DNA from: Candidatus Rifleibacteriota bacterium
GTDB taxonomy: Bacteria; Muiribacteriota; Ozemobacteria; Ozemobacterales; Ozemobacteraceae
Reading direction: 5' to 3'
Length of the DNA: 64,000 nucleotides
NCBI GenBank assembly: GCA_028689875.1
Contig: JAQVCG010000002.1
Coordinates: forward strand, 3,086-67,085
This document shows positions 37,466 to 46,566 of this stretch, in pieces. The stretch's first letter is position 1; each line of letters opens with the position of its first letter. The translations under genes and the position numbers were made by a program. The notes beneath the pieces were generated by a model. It had not been told where the DNA came from and did not search any database. It worked only from the letters and a program-made list of their open reading frames with translations.

Positions 37466-38712
37466 GAATTTCAAAAGTAACGTTTTCTAGAGGTATTTCA
37501 GCATTTTATTTTGATGACCAGCGCGCAATTAAAAAGGGCGCAAAACACGACGGCTTTACTTATGTAGGTCAGCCCCTAACACAGGGTTTTACAAATATAA
37601 GACAGGCCGGACAGAGCATATCTATTATTATGCTACTCGAAGACGGGCAAATAGCGACTGGCGATTGCGCTGCAGTTCAGTATTCCGGCGCAGGCGGACG
37701 CGATCCCCTTTTCCTTGCTAACGAATTTATTCCTTTCTTGGAAAAACATATTAAACCGCACCTTGAAGGCATGGAAATCGGCACTTTCAGAGATATGAGC
37801 AAAAGGTTTTGCGAAATGAAAATTGAAGGAAAACCTTTGCATTCCGCAATTAAATACGGCTTGACCCAAGCATTGCTTGATGCGGTTGCAAAATCGCTCA
37901 GAATTATGCCTTGTGAAGTTGTGTGCAATGAATATAGCTTACCAATTATTGCAAAACGCGTGCCCATATTTGGACAGAGCGGCGATGACAGATATAACAA
38001 TGTTGACAAGATGCTTATAAAGGGCGTTGAAGCTTTGCCGCACGGCTTGATTAATAATGTCGAGGAAAAACTTGGCTTGCAGGGGGAAAAACTCAGAGAA
38101 TACGTCAGATGGCTTGTAAAACGTGTTAAAACCCTCAGAGCTTGCGACAGTTACAAACCTGATTTGCACATAGACGTGTACGGAACTATCGGACAACTTT
38201 TTGAAAATGATATGATAAAAGTTGCTGACTATGTGGCATCGCTTGAAAAAGACGCCGAAGACCTGCAACTATACATCGAAGGACCCGTTGATGTTGAAGC
38301 AAAATTGCCGCAAATCGAAGCGCTCAAAACAATCACTGATCGCTTAAGAGCTATGGGCTCAAATGTTAAAATTGTTGCTGACGAATGGTGCAACACGTAT
38401 GAAGATATTAAAGATTTTACCGATGCAAAATCTTGCCATATGGTACAAATCAAAACGCCCGATTTGGGCGGAATACAGAATATTGTAGAAAGCGTTATTT
38501 ATTGTAAGCAGAATGGCATGGAAGCTTATCAGGGCGGAACATGCAATGAAACTGACAATACAGCGCGTATTTGTGTGCATTTGGCGATGGCTGCACAAGC
38601 CGAAAGAATGCTAGCAAAACCGGGTATGGGCTTTGACGAAGGCTATACAATTGTAAATAACGAAATGGAACGAATTATTTCCGTTCTCAAAATGAAATAC
38701 GGAGAAAAATGA
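37462..38712 (+). CDS. mal: 3-methylaspartate ammonia-lyase (methylaspartase)
   Basis: The track ORF starts at 37396. I place the start at the ATG at 37462, which overlaps the glmE TGA, giving 416 aa (Clostridium MAL is ~413 aa). The N-terminus MRISKVTFSRGISAFYFDDQRAIKKGA parallels MKIVDVLCTPGLTGFYFDDQ.AIKKGA from memory. The fold is enolase-superfamily. Confidence 0.85.
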   Translation: MRISKVTFSRGISAFYFDDQRAIKKGAKHDGFTYVGQPLTQGFTNIRQAGQSISIIMLLEDGQIATGDCAAVQYSGAGGRDPLFLANEFIPFLEKHIKPHLEGMEIGTFRDMSKRFCEMKIEGKPLHSAIKYGLTQALLDAVAKSLRIMPCEVVCNEYSLPIIAKRVPIFGQSGDDRYNNVDKMLIKGVEALPHGLINNVEEKLGLQGEKLREYVRWLVKRVKTLRACDSYKPDLHIDVYGTIGQLFENDMIKVADYVASLEKDAEDLQLYIEGPVDVEAKLPQIEALKTITDRLRAMGSNVKIVADEWCNTYEDIKDFTDAKSCHMVQIKTPDLGGIQNIVESVIYCKQNGMEAYQGGTCNETDNTARICVHLAMAAQAERMLAKPGMGFDEGYTIVNNEMERIISVLKMKYGEK

Positions 38713-38713
38713 A

Positions 38714-40090
38714 ATGACTAAGAAAGAATTTAAGGTTCTGTCGCCAACCGCCATACTTGGTTATGGTTTTCCTGAATCATCTTTTAAGCGCGGAATCGAG
38801 AAAAAACCCGATTTGATTGCTGTTGACGCCGGTTCAACTGATCCGGGTCCTTTCTATTTGGGTGCTGGAAAAGCTTTTACAGACAGAGAATTCGTTAAAC
38901 GCGATTTGAAATACATGATTTGTGCCGGCGTTGAACATAAAATACCTGTAGTGGTTGGAACTGCAGGCGGTTCGGGGGCTGATGTGCACCTTGAATGGTG
39001 CAGACAAATCGTTGAAGAAATAGCCAAAGAAAATAAACTAAGCTTTTCTATGGCCGTTATACCATGCGATGTTTCGAAAGAAAACGTTAAAATGGCAATT
39101 GACGAAGGCAGAATAGTGCCTTTGGCATATGTTCCGGAACTAACCAAAAAAGATGTTGATGACACAACTTACGTTGTGGCACAAATTGGCACGGACCCCA
39201 TTATAGAAGCCCTTAAAGATGGTTGCGACGTTGTTCTGGCAGGACGATGCTATGATCCGGCTTGCTTCGCAGCACTTCCTATTATGAAAGGCTATGACCC
39301 AGGATTAGCACTGCATATGGGCAAAATTTTGGAATGTGCAGCGATTGCGGCAACACCGGGTTCCGGTTCTGACTGCGCAATGGGCACTTTAACCGAAGAT
39401 TCATTTATTCTCGAAGCTCTTTCTCCGGACAGAAACTTTACTTGCGAATCTGCTGCGGCACATACTTTGTATGAAAAAACCGACCCATACCACTTGCCGG
39501 GGCCGGGTGGAGAAATTAACCTTGAAAATTGCTCCTTTAAAGATGTGGGCAACGGAAGGGTTGAAGTCAAGGGCAGCAAATTTGTGCCAACAGAAAAGTT
39601 TTATCTGAAACTTGAGGGTGCAAAATGCATCGGCTATCGCACCATAAGCATTGCCGGAACGCACGACCCGATAATGATTGCAAATATCGATAAGGTTTTG
39701 CAGGAAGTTAAAGACAGAATTAACGTTATTTCGGGTGACAGCAAAAGAAGCGATAACTTGTTTTTCCATGTATATGGTAAAAATGGTGTTATGGGCAGTC
39801 TTGAACCGAATCCGAATGTTAAATCGCATGAGCTTTGCATAGTAATTGAAGCTCTGTGTCCAACTCAAGATCAGGCAAATACCCTTTGCAGCGTGGCTCG
39901 CTCGACAATGTTGCATTATGGTTACGAAGGGCGCGTTTCAACTGCCGGTAATCTGGCGTTCCCGTTCTCTCCATCTGACATAACAGTCGGAAAAGTATTC
40001 GAGTTTTCAATCTATCACCTTATGGATACAAAAAATCAAGTGCTTTTCAAACATCGTATCGAAAAATACGAAAATGGAACGAGGAAATAA
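38714..40090 (+). CDS. DUF1446 (AtuA-like) family protein
   Basis: A 458-aa ORF starting 2 nt after the mal stop. The N-terminal ILGYGFPESSFKRGIEKKPDLIAVDAGSTDPGPFYLGAGK fits the AtuA/DUF1446 N-terminal pattern from memory. It is followed immediately by a DUF4387 gene, the usual partner of DUF1446. Confidence 0.6.
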   Translation: MTKKEFKVLSPTAILGYGFPESSFKRGIEKKPDLIAVDAGSTDPGPFYLGAGKAFTDREFVKRDLKYMICAGVEHKIPVVVGTAGGSGADVHLEWCRQIVEEIAKENKLSFSMAVIPCDVSKENVKMAIDEGRIVPLAYVPELTKKDVDDTTYVVAQIGTDPIIEALKDGCDVVLAGRCYDPACFAALPIMKGYDPGLALHMGKILECAAIAATPGSGSDCAMGTLTEDSFILEALSPDRNFTCESAAAHTLYEKTDPYHLPGPGGEINLENCSFKDVGNGRVEVKGSKFVPTEKFYLKLEGAKCIGYRTISIAGTHDPIMIANIDKVLQEVKDRINVISGDSKRSDNLFFHVYGKNGVMGSLEPNPNVKSHELCIVIEALCPTQDQANTLCSVARSTMLHYGYEGRVSTAGNLAFPFSPSDITVGKVFEFSIYHLMDTKNQVLFKHRIEKYENGTRK

Positions 40091-40093
40091 AAG

Positions 40094-40405
40094 ATGAAAA
40101 GAAATATTATTGAAGCCGCAAAGGTTATTAGATCCAAAAACTCCGGTCCTTACGAGCTTACTTTCGATATAATGTTCAAAAGCAAAGAATATTTTGAACA
40201 TTTTAAAGAAAATAAAATAATAAACAAAAAAATGTTTGCCGAACTGTATAAAATTCCTGAAGAAGACATTATGGTTATTGTTTGGTTTGCTCCGGCAAAT
40301 GCTGTTAAAGTAACCATTAAAAGACCTATTTCTTCCGGTGCACCGGGCGAAACAGATATATACGGGGCTCAACAACATGCTCCATTGTTTAATATCGAGT
40401 TTTAA
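40094..40405 (+). CDS. DUF4387 family small protein (AtuA-associated)
   Basis: A 103-aa ORF starting 4 nt after the DUF1446 stop. RSKNSGPYELTFDIMF...ELYKIPEEDIMVIVWFAPANAVKVTIKRPISSGAPGETDIYGAQQHAPL matches the DUF4387 consensus (SKNaGPfelTfDi ... KiT.PRp..sG..gerDvhGaQQh.PL) from memory. Confidence 0.6.
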   Translation: MKRNIIEAAKVIRSKNSGPYELTFDIMFKSKEYFEHFKENKIINKKMFAELYKIPEEDIMVIVWFAPANAVKVTIKRPISSGAPGETDIYGAQQHAPLFNIEF

Positions 40406-40408
40406 GTT

Positions 40409-41380
40409 ATGAGGCAAACTTTTCTGAACTCTAACTCGGCTAATTTCGAGACCTTGATGTATGCCACATACTACGCGCCGCGAGGGCGTCCGCGAATGTA
40501 TAACCTTGGCAGTTTGCTCTCTAACAGATATTTGAGGCCAACTGACTTGGTTATCGGCATTATTGGGGCAGAAGGATCAGGAAAGTCTACGCTCATAAAG
40601 GGCTTGTTTCCTGGACTAGAGCTCACTAACGACGATGACGGGGTCAACATGAAATCGGCGCCGATTTATGATTTTCATCCCGATAATTATTTCGCGCCCC
40701 ATACTTTTCATCTCGATATTCGCTATGAACTGGCCTTTCATCAGCCGTTTGAAATTATAGAAGCTGTGAATAATGCAATCGAGAACGGCAGACGTGTGAT
40801 AATGGAACACTTCGATTTGATATTTGATCAGTTAGGGTATAACGCTCAGCTGATTTTTGCGATCGGAGAAGAACTTATCGTAGCACGCCCGACAGTCTTT
40901 GGTCCTTTCCCTGCAGAAATTAAAAAACACGCCGACAAATCAGCTGTGTTCAGAAGAATGGCTCACAGCGCCGAAGATATTACAAGCTACGTGCTTATGG
41001 TAGACTATAAATATACCCGAAAAGTATTACACTCAGACGTAAGGCACGGTTTTGTAATAAAGTTTCCTGAAAAGCCCGACATTCCGATTTCGGAGCTAGA
41101 AACAAAGGTAAATGCTATAATCGAAGAAAATAAAGCAATTAACTGTGCAGGAAAAGACAAAATCAATATTGGTGATTGGCAAATGTTTTGCACAGGCTCT
41201 AGAACGCATATGAAAAGCAGCGGCGAAATTAAAAATTTCAGACTGTGGCAAGATTATGTGTATGACCCAATTGCTAAAGAATATATGCTGGTTGGAATGG
41301 TCGGACCTAAACAGGGCGCCAGCATAACGGCTATTCATTATTTCGATGAAGATTATTTAAGCGGAAACACGCAGGAATGA
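40409..41380 (+). CDS. P-loop NTPase, AAA_28/NadR-kinase-like putative small-molecule kinase
   Basis: A 323-aa track ORF starting 4 nt after the DUF4387 stop. In-frame ATGs at 40457 and 40496 are alternative starts. The Walker A VIGIIGAEGSGKSTLIKG resembles the ribosylnicotinamide-kinase / AAA_28 P-loop (IGIIGGESSGKST). No other motif is recognised. Confidence 0.45.
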   Translation: MRQTFLNSNSANFETLMYATYYAPRGRPRMYNLGSLLSNRYLRPTDLVIGIIGAEGSGKSTLIKGLFPGLELTNDDDGVNMKSAPIYDFHPDNYFAPHTFHLDIRYELAFHQPFEIIEAVNNAIENGRRVIMEHFDLIFDQLGYNAQLIFAIGEELIVARPTVFGPFPAEIKKHADKSAVFRRMAHSAEDITSYVLMVDYKYTRKVLHSDVRHGFVIKFPEKPDIPISELETKVNAIIEENKAINCAGKDKINIGDWQMFCTGSRTHMKSSGEIKNFRLWQDYVYDPIAKEYMLVGMVGPKQGASITAIHYFDEDYLSGNTQE

Positions 41381-41400
41381 TCGCTTAATACACAAAAAAA

Positions 41401-41432
41401 GACCCCGATAATTTATCGGGGTCTTTGCTTTT
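41401..41432. terminator. bidirectional rho-independent terminator between convergent genes
   Basis: A perfect 9-bp stem, GACCCCGAT (41401-41409) pairing with ATCGGGGTC (41415-41423), has a 5-nt loop AATTT. An AAAAAAA run lies upstream and TTTGCTTTT downstream. It would end the glm-operon transcript on the plus strand and the lipoprotein transcript on the minus strand. Confidence 0.7.
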
Positions 41433-41447
41433 ACGAAAAGACGATAA

Positions 41448-42482
41448 TCAGGGTATGATTATGTCATGAGTTAGACCTTCATCTGCGTTCTGAGGAACGG
41501 TTAAAGTAGTGCTTTCGTAGCGAAGTTCATTTCCGGGATCAGTGAATACTTTAATTTTATAAGATCCTGCCGGCAGTGTAAGTAGGTAGTTAATGCTACT
41601 TCCTGTTAACACTGCATAGGAAAGATCGCCTTGAACTATCTCGCCTGTTGAAGCGTCTTCGACGCGAAGATCGTAAATAATAGTAGTGCCGGTGCCTACC
41701 AGACCTGTGCCGCTGACTGTGCCCGCTATTGAATATAGCTGACCGCGTTGCTGAAAAGCGTGTACAGCTTGAGTAAGATATTGGTTAATCGAATTTGCAA
41801 ATTCAGCGCCGTTATAAATATTTATCCCAGATGAGAGCAATGTTTCAATTTGTAATGTCAAAGAAGCTATCTGACTTTCATTAAAATTACTTAAGAAGTT
41901 TGAGAAAGTAACTGTCGCATCGTCTGCTTTCATTTTTTCAAAAAGCATCGCTTTTGCTGTTGAGTCAGGGTTTACATTGCAGGCTATTTCGTCGCCGCTG
42001 ATTGCGTTAATTTTTTGTTGTGTTGTTATAGTGAATAAAGATTTTAGTATCGGATTATCGGCAATAGTTACAACGATTTCATAATTCTCGGCCAGCAAAA
42101 GTGCTTTTAACATTTCTTTATCAGCATTTAAAGAAAGTGTTGCCCTTATTGCTGAGTCGTTTGGCGTTATATCAGATGCTTGAAAAGAATAATATACAGT
42201 TGAAACCCTTGCACCGTTTTCAAATTTGTAAACTGTTACAGTAGCAGATGCTAAATTAAATGGTGTCGTGTCGCCTCTTAACCCTGCTGCTCTTATAGAT
42301 GCGGCGAAGCTGTTAGAAAGGCTGATATCAAAGTCTAAGTCAACTGTTTTGTCTTTGACAGCAGAAAGTAGCGTATCTTCAAGGGTAGCTGTTGAGCTTG
42401 AACCCGAACTTCCGCAGCCTACGAAAGAAAGAGAAACAAAAGTCACCAAAATAAGCAAAACTAGTTTTTTCAAAGTACACAC
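41448..42482 (-). CDS. lipoprotein of unknown function
   Basis: A 344-aa ORF. The N-terminus MCTLKKLVLLILVTFVSLSFVGCGSSGSSS has a lipobox (FVGC) and a Ser/Gly linker. The C-terminal ~70 aa (SYKIKVFTDPGNELRYESTTLTV) look like a beta-sandwich domain. Confidence 0.5.
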   Translation of the reverse strand: MCTLKKLVLLILVTFVSLSFVGCGSSGSSSTATLEDTLLSAVKDKTVDLDFDISLSNSFAASIRAAGLRGDTTPFNLASATVTVYKFENGARVSTVYYSFQASDITPNDSAIRATLSLNADKEMLKALLLAENYEIVVTIADNPILKSLFTITTQQKINAISGDEIACNVNPDSTAKAMLFEKMKADDATVTFSNFLSNFNESQIASLTLQIETLLSSGINIYNGAEFANSINQYLTQAVHAFQQRGQLYSIAGTVSGTGLVGTGTTIIYDLRVEDASTGEIVQGDLSYAVLTGSSINYLLTLPAGSYKIKVFTDPGNELRYESTTLTVPQNADEGLTHDIIIP

Positions 42483-42555
42483 CTCTATAAGTAGAATAAA
42501 ACAAACACAAGTATATTTTACATGTTTTTGTGTGTCGTTGCAACCCCTAATTGCC

Positions 42556-43272
42556 TTAAATAACCGTTTTAAACCCCAACTTTAATAATAAATTAGTGAA
42601 ATCATCGTGCAAATTTGCTTTTAAATTCATTTCTTGCCCCGTTGTGGGGTGCACAAAGCTTAGCTCTTTTGCGTGTAGCATCAGCCTGTTTAAACCAAAT
42701 TTTTCGGCTAATATTCTATTATGAAACCCGTCACCATGTTGATGGTCACCTATCATATGATGAAAAATATGCTTCATGTGCCTTCTTATTTGTCTGCTTC
42801 TACCCGTAAGAGGTGTAATTTCAAGCAACGAATATCTCGAAGTAGGGTGGGGCCTTACCGGAACATCAATCTCTACTTTTTCAAGCAGTTTATATTCTGT
42901 AATGGCTTCTTTCGCCTCTTGCTGCTTGCTCTTCTTTTTGTCGGTCATTTTATCCCACAAATCTTTAAGCGGATAATTAATTACCTCATGTTCTTCTGTA
43001 AACCCTCTCACCAACCCCCAATATTTTTTCTCAACCTCGCGGCTCATAAAGGCTTCGCCCAATTTCTTAGCAACATCTGCCGACAAACCAAATAGCAATA
43101 TTCCCGAAGTAGGCTTATCTAACCTGTGAACCGGGTAAACTAACTGTCCGAGCATATCACGCACAATATGCATTGCGCTTTCAGTCTCATATTTATCGAT
43201 TAAACTCGGGTGCACGAGCAGTCCCGCAGGCTTGTTTATTGCTACAATGTCTTCATCACGATATATAATCAT
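42556..43272 (-). CDS. truC: tRNA pseudouridine synthase C-like (RluA family, no S4 domain)
   Basis: A 238-aa ORF. MIIYRDEDIVAINKPAGLLVH, HRLDKPTSGILLFGLSADVAKKL and TGRSRQIRRHMKHIFHHMIGDHQHGD parallel E. coli TruC (MLEILYQDEWLVAVNKPSGWLVH; HRLDRPTSGVLLMGLSSEAGRLL; TGRKHQLRRHLAHLRHPIIGDSKHGD, from memory). Confidence 0.7.
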   Translation of the reverse strand: MIIYRDEDIVAINKPAGLLVHPSLIDKYETESAMHIVRDMLGQLVYPVHRLDKPTSGILLFGLSADVAKKLGEAFMSREVEKKYWGLVRGFTEEHEVINYPLKDLWDKMTDKKKSKQQEAKEAITEYKLLEKVEIDVPVRPHPTSRYSLLEITPLTGRSRQIRRHMKHIFHHMIGDHQHGDGFHNRILAEKFGLNRLMLHAKELSFVHPTTGQEMNLKANLHDDFTNLLLKLGFKTVI

Positions 43273-44294
43273 TAGTTGAAAACACGCTTCAAAGTTTCTT
43301 TTGTATCCTTTTTGAACTCTGCCTGTAACTTTTCCGGCCTAACCTGCTTAACAGAAGTAATCTCGCCGTTCTCATCGAATGAAACTAGAGTCGAAAAAAG
43401 TCCGTCTGTTTCTGACAGCATTGCGCCGTATCTCATATCAAAAAATCTCACCTGAGGCAAACCCGATTCATTTATTGAGCTGCTTGCTCTAACCATATCC
43501 ATCGCAAAAAGCTTGAACAACTTGCTGTGCTCGTGTGCTGAAGCCTTTTGAACATATTCGCCTTTGTCAGATTTCGCCAATCGCATCGGAGCAATAGGCA
43601 CATCTGAACCTTTTTTTAAGTAAGTAACCATAAAATCACCGTTAGCATCGCGCCCCACAACCCTAAAAATACTTATGTTCATAATTGTTGGCATTGCACG
43701 CACTTCAACAGCTTCAAATCCCTGCTGTTGAAACATATTTTTGCCTACTTCCGCCAAATGCTGCGAATTATGATAGCCCCACGCTGAGTAGCCAAGGCTT
43801 AATCCTAACGCCGCAATAGAAAGCAGCTTAACTTTTTTCGGTTGAGCTAAACCAAATATCCCCAAAATAGTCACAATCAACAATGGCATCGAAACAACTA
43901 AATCCAGTATGGAAACACAATCAATGGCAAATCGCTTATCGGTTATGGGCCAAAGCATCGCCGTGCCATAGCTGGTAAACCAATCTATAATAGGGTGGGT
44001 GACCAACGCAAGCATCGTTATAACTATCCATTCCCGCTTTTTTAAACCATTTTTCGCCATATTACCAACAAAAATTCCAAGCGGAATCGCAAAGATAAAG
44101 GTCAGAATTATCGAGTGAGTCGGCCCCCTATGATACTTTAAAGAAGCCCAAGGCCCCCACAAACGTGCAATTACATCAAAATCCGGCAAAAGGCCCAAAA
44201 TAAAGCCGTAAATACTGACCTTTTTGCCGCCTTTATGTCCGTAAGCAGCCTGAGAAACCGCCGCACCCAATAATCCTTGTGTCACTAAATCCAT
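43272..44294 (-). CDS. DUF457-family membrane-bound metal-dependent hydrolase with extra C-terminal soluble domain
   Basis: A 340-aa ORF. The N-terminal ~180 aa have 4-5 TM helices with LLPDFD, HRGPTHS and H..ID..T....LWP motifs typical of YdjM/YbcI-like DUF457. The C-terminal ~160 aa are soluble and of unknown fold. The start lies 2 nt downstream of the oligopeptidase A stop. Confidence 0.55.
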   Translation of the reverse strand: MDLVTQGLLGAAVSQAAYGHKGGKKVSIYGFILGLLPDFDVIARLWGPWASLKYHRGPTHSIILTFIFAIPLGIFVGNMAKNGLKKREWIVITMLALVTHPIIDWFTSYGTAMLWPITDKRFAIDCVSILDLVVSMPLLIVTILGIFGLAQPKKVKLLSIAALGLSLGYSAWGYHNSQHLAEVGKNMFQQQGFEAVEVRAMPTIMNISIFRVVGRDANGDFMVTYLKKGSDVPIAPMRLAKSDKGEYVQKASAHEHSKLFKLFAMDMVRASSSINESGLPQVRFFDMRYGAMLSETDGLFSTLVSFDENGEITSVKQVRPEKLQAEFKKDTKETLKRVFN

Positions 44295-44295
44295 T

Positions 44296-46374
44296 TTATA
44301 ATCCTAACGTTTGTCGTAATAATGGCTTCACAGAAGCATCCCGACCCCTAAACATGCGAAAAACTTCCGCAGGGTGTTTGCTGCCGCCAAGCGCTAAAAC
44401 AGTGTCTCTGAAACGCTTGCCGGTTCGCGCAACAGCTTCTTTGTTATCGGTGCCCTCCTCAATAAAGGCCTCGTAAGCATCGGCACTAAGCACCTCTGCC
44501 CACTTGTAGCTATAATAACCTGCCGCATAGCCGCCCGCAAAAATATGCGTAAACGCACAAAGAAACATATCGTTTTCGTATGGTTGCAACACGCAAGTCT
44601 CGGTTGCAATTCTTCTAAAAGCATCAAATGGTGTTTCTGTGCCATTTATGTCGTAGTCACCGTGTAAATATAGATCTGCTTTCGCAAAAGTGAGCTGTCT
44701 CTGCATCTGATATGCCGCTCGGTAGTTTTGCGATTCTTTTAATTTTTCATAAAGTTCTTTGGAAAGGGGCAAACCGGTTTTGTAGTGCCGTGCCATCTCT
44801 TCTACTGTAGCCTGCTCGGTGCACCAATTTTCCATAAACTGGCTTGCAAGCTCAACCGCATCCCATTCTATGCCTGAAACGCCCGCAGCGTCGGCCTCAT
44901 CAACCGTGGTGAGCATTCCTTGCAATGCATGCCCAAACTCATGAAACAGCGTATTTACTTCGTAAAAACTCATAAGCGACGGTTCAGAACCAATCGGAGG
45001 AGTTCCGTTGCATATTACATATACCACAGGCCGTACCAGCTTGCCGTTAGTAATACGGCGATTGCGGCAAGTGTTCATCCATGCGCCGCCGCGCTTTTCA
45101 GAAGGACGCGAATATGGGTCTAAGAAGAAATGCGCAATCATTTCGTTCTTTTCGTCAAATACATTGTAAAATCTGACATCTTCGTGCCAAGTCGGAATCT
45201 TAGGGTATTCAGAGGTTTTTATAGTTATGCCGAACAGTCTTGTGCATAAGTTAAACATAGCATCTAAAACTTGCGGCATCGGAAAATAAGGCTTGAGCTG
45301 CTCTTCTGTGAATGAAAAAAGCTTTTCGCGCATGCGTTCTGACCAATACATCATGTCCCAGGGCATTAGTTTTTCTTTAAAACCGCTTTTAGTCGCAAAC
45401 TTTTGTAGTTCTTCATGCTCCTTTTGGGCAGAAGCCGCCGCAGCTTCTTCTAGTTTAGCAAACATTTCAAAAACGTTTTCAGCCTTTTGAGCCATTTTAC
45501 TGCTTAAACTTAGTTCTGCATGGTTTTTGTAGCCAAGCATTTGTGCTTTTTCATTTCTAAGACTTAGAATTTCTCGAATTAGCCCGGAATTGTCAAACTC
45601 CCCTTCAGAGGCTCTTGTTGTGTATGCGTGATATAGCTCAAAACGTCGATTGCGATTTTTAGAATGCTGCATAAAAGGTATATAACAAGATTGATCAAGG
45701 GTTATAAGCCACGGACCTTCATTGTAATCAAGGTTTGCCGAAGTTTTATTTGCTTTCTTTTGCCAAGCCGAATGCGTAAGCTTTTTTAATGATTCAGGCC
45801 AACCGTCAGTTTCATCTTTCTCTGTTATCGTTAATGAATAAGCTTTAGTCGCATCTAAGACATTGTTTGTAAACTTGTTTGAGGCTTCGTTTAAACGTTT
45901 TATTATGTTATTAAATTTTTCTCTGTCACTATCGTTTAAACCTATACCGCATTTTTCAGCTGATAAAATCTGCTTATCGATTATGCGCTGCTTTGAGCTA
46001 GATAGTTTTTCATATTCAGGGCTTGATTGAAGCTTTTTTAGTGCCTTGTAAATAGGAACACTTTGAGATAATTGTAACGAGATTTTTGTGCACTCAGGCA
46101 TTAGCAAATCGTAAACTTTGCGAAGTTCATTTGAATTTTTTACGCTCTTAAGGTGACCTAAGATTTGCCAAGTATATTCAAAATCAAGATCTATTTCTTC
46201 AAAAGGCTTGAAAAGTGCATCCCAGGTTGGCTGTGCATTGTCTTCAACTTGTTTTAATACTTTTTTTGTTTTTTCAAATACTTCAAGAACTGCCGGTTCA
46301 AAATGCTCGGCAGTGATTTCATCAAATAAAGGCAGTCCTATGCGCCTAGAGAGTGGGTTATTATTTGTGCTCAT
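44296..46374 (-). CDS. prlC: M3-family oligopeptidase A (PrlC/OpdA-like zinc metallopeptidase), paralog 1
   Basis: A 692-aa ORF. It has the HEXXH zinc site in FHEFGHALQGMLT and the downstream Glu in GIEWDAVELASQFMENW. The C-terminus GGYAAGYYSYKWAEVLSADA is typical of oligopeptidase A / thimet oligopeptidase family. Confidence 0.85.
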   Translation of the reverse strand: MSTNNNPLSRRIGLPLFDEITAEHFEPAVLEVFEKTKKVLKQVEDNAQPTWDALFKPFEEIDLDFEYTWQILGHLKSVKNSNELRKVYDLLMPECTKISLQLSQSVPIYKALKKLQSSPEYEKLSSSKQRIIDKQILSAEKCGIGLNDSDREKFNNIIKRLNEASNKFTNNVLDATKAYSLTITEKDETDGWPESLKKLTHSAWQKKANKTSANLDYNEGPWLITLDQSCYIPFMQHSKNRNRRFELYHAYTTRASEGEFDNSGLIREILSLRNEKAQMLGYKNHAELSLSSKMAQKAENVFEMFAKLEEAAAASAQKEHEELQKFATKSGFKEKLMPWDMMYWSERMREKLFSFTEEQLKPYFPMPQVLDAMFNLCTRLFGITIKTSEYPKIPTWHEDVRFYNVFDEKNEMIAHFFLDPYSRPSEKRGGAWMNTCRNRRITNGKLVRPVVYVICNGTPPIGSEPSLMSFYEVNTLFHEFGHALQGMLTTVDEADAAGVSGIEWDAVELASQFMENWCTEQATVEEMARHYKTGLPLSKELYEKLKESQNYRAAYQMQRQLTFAKADLYLHGDYDINGTETPFDAFRRIATETCVLQPYENDMFLCAFTHIFAGGYAAGYYSYKWAEVLSADAYEAFIEEGTDNKEAVARTGKRFRDTVLALGGSKHPAEVFRMFRGRDASVKPLLRQTLGL

Positions 46375-46531
46375 TTTATACCTTTCGGTTGTTTTACTGT
46401 GACTAAAATATTTTGAAAACCATAACTTACAACCCGTTTCACGCTATTTTACATTTATTTAACAAGAATTTCAATTATTTCTAATATACGCAATCATATT
46501 TATATGAACTTAACTTTCAAGCTTCTGTTTT

Positions 46532-46560
46532 TTGACTTTGAAGATTTAAAGTGTTAAATT
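46532..46560 (+). promoter_or_regulatory. putative promoter of the pilus/T2SS-like operon, possibly producing a leaderless transcript
   Basis: TTGACT (46532-46537), a 17-nt spacer, and TAAATT (46555-46560). The annotated ATG at 46567 lies only 6 nt downstream of the -10 element, with no SD. The ~190-bp region is a divergent promoter region shared with prlC. Confidence 0.25.
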
Positions 46561-46566
46561 CAATAT

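Noticed and set aside
37633-40417. Multiple minus-strand ORFs (37633-38598, 38854-39916, 40007-40417) across mal, DUF1446 and DUF4387
   Set aside because: The plus-strand genes here have clear family signatures and tight operon spacing. The antisense ORFs lack RBS and motifs.
44279-44476. Two similar small plus-strand ORFs at 44279-44476 and 53502-53756 (both ...TSAGC(L/K)LPP(S/K)A(K/R)TV...)
   Set aside because: Their similarity arises because each is the antisense reading of the conserved C-terminal coding region of the two oligopeptidase A paralogs. It is not an independent conserved peptide.
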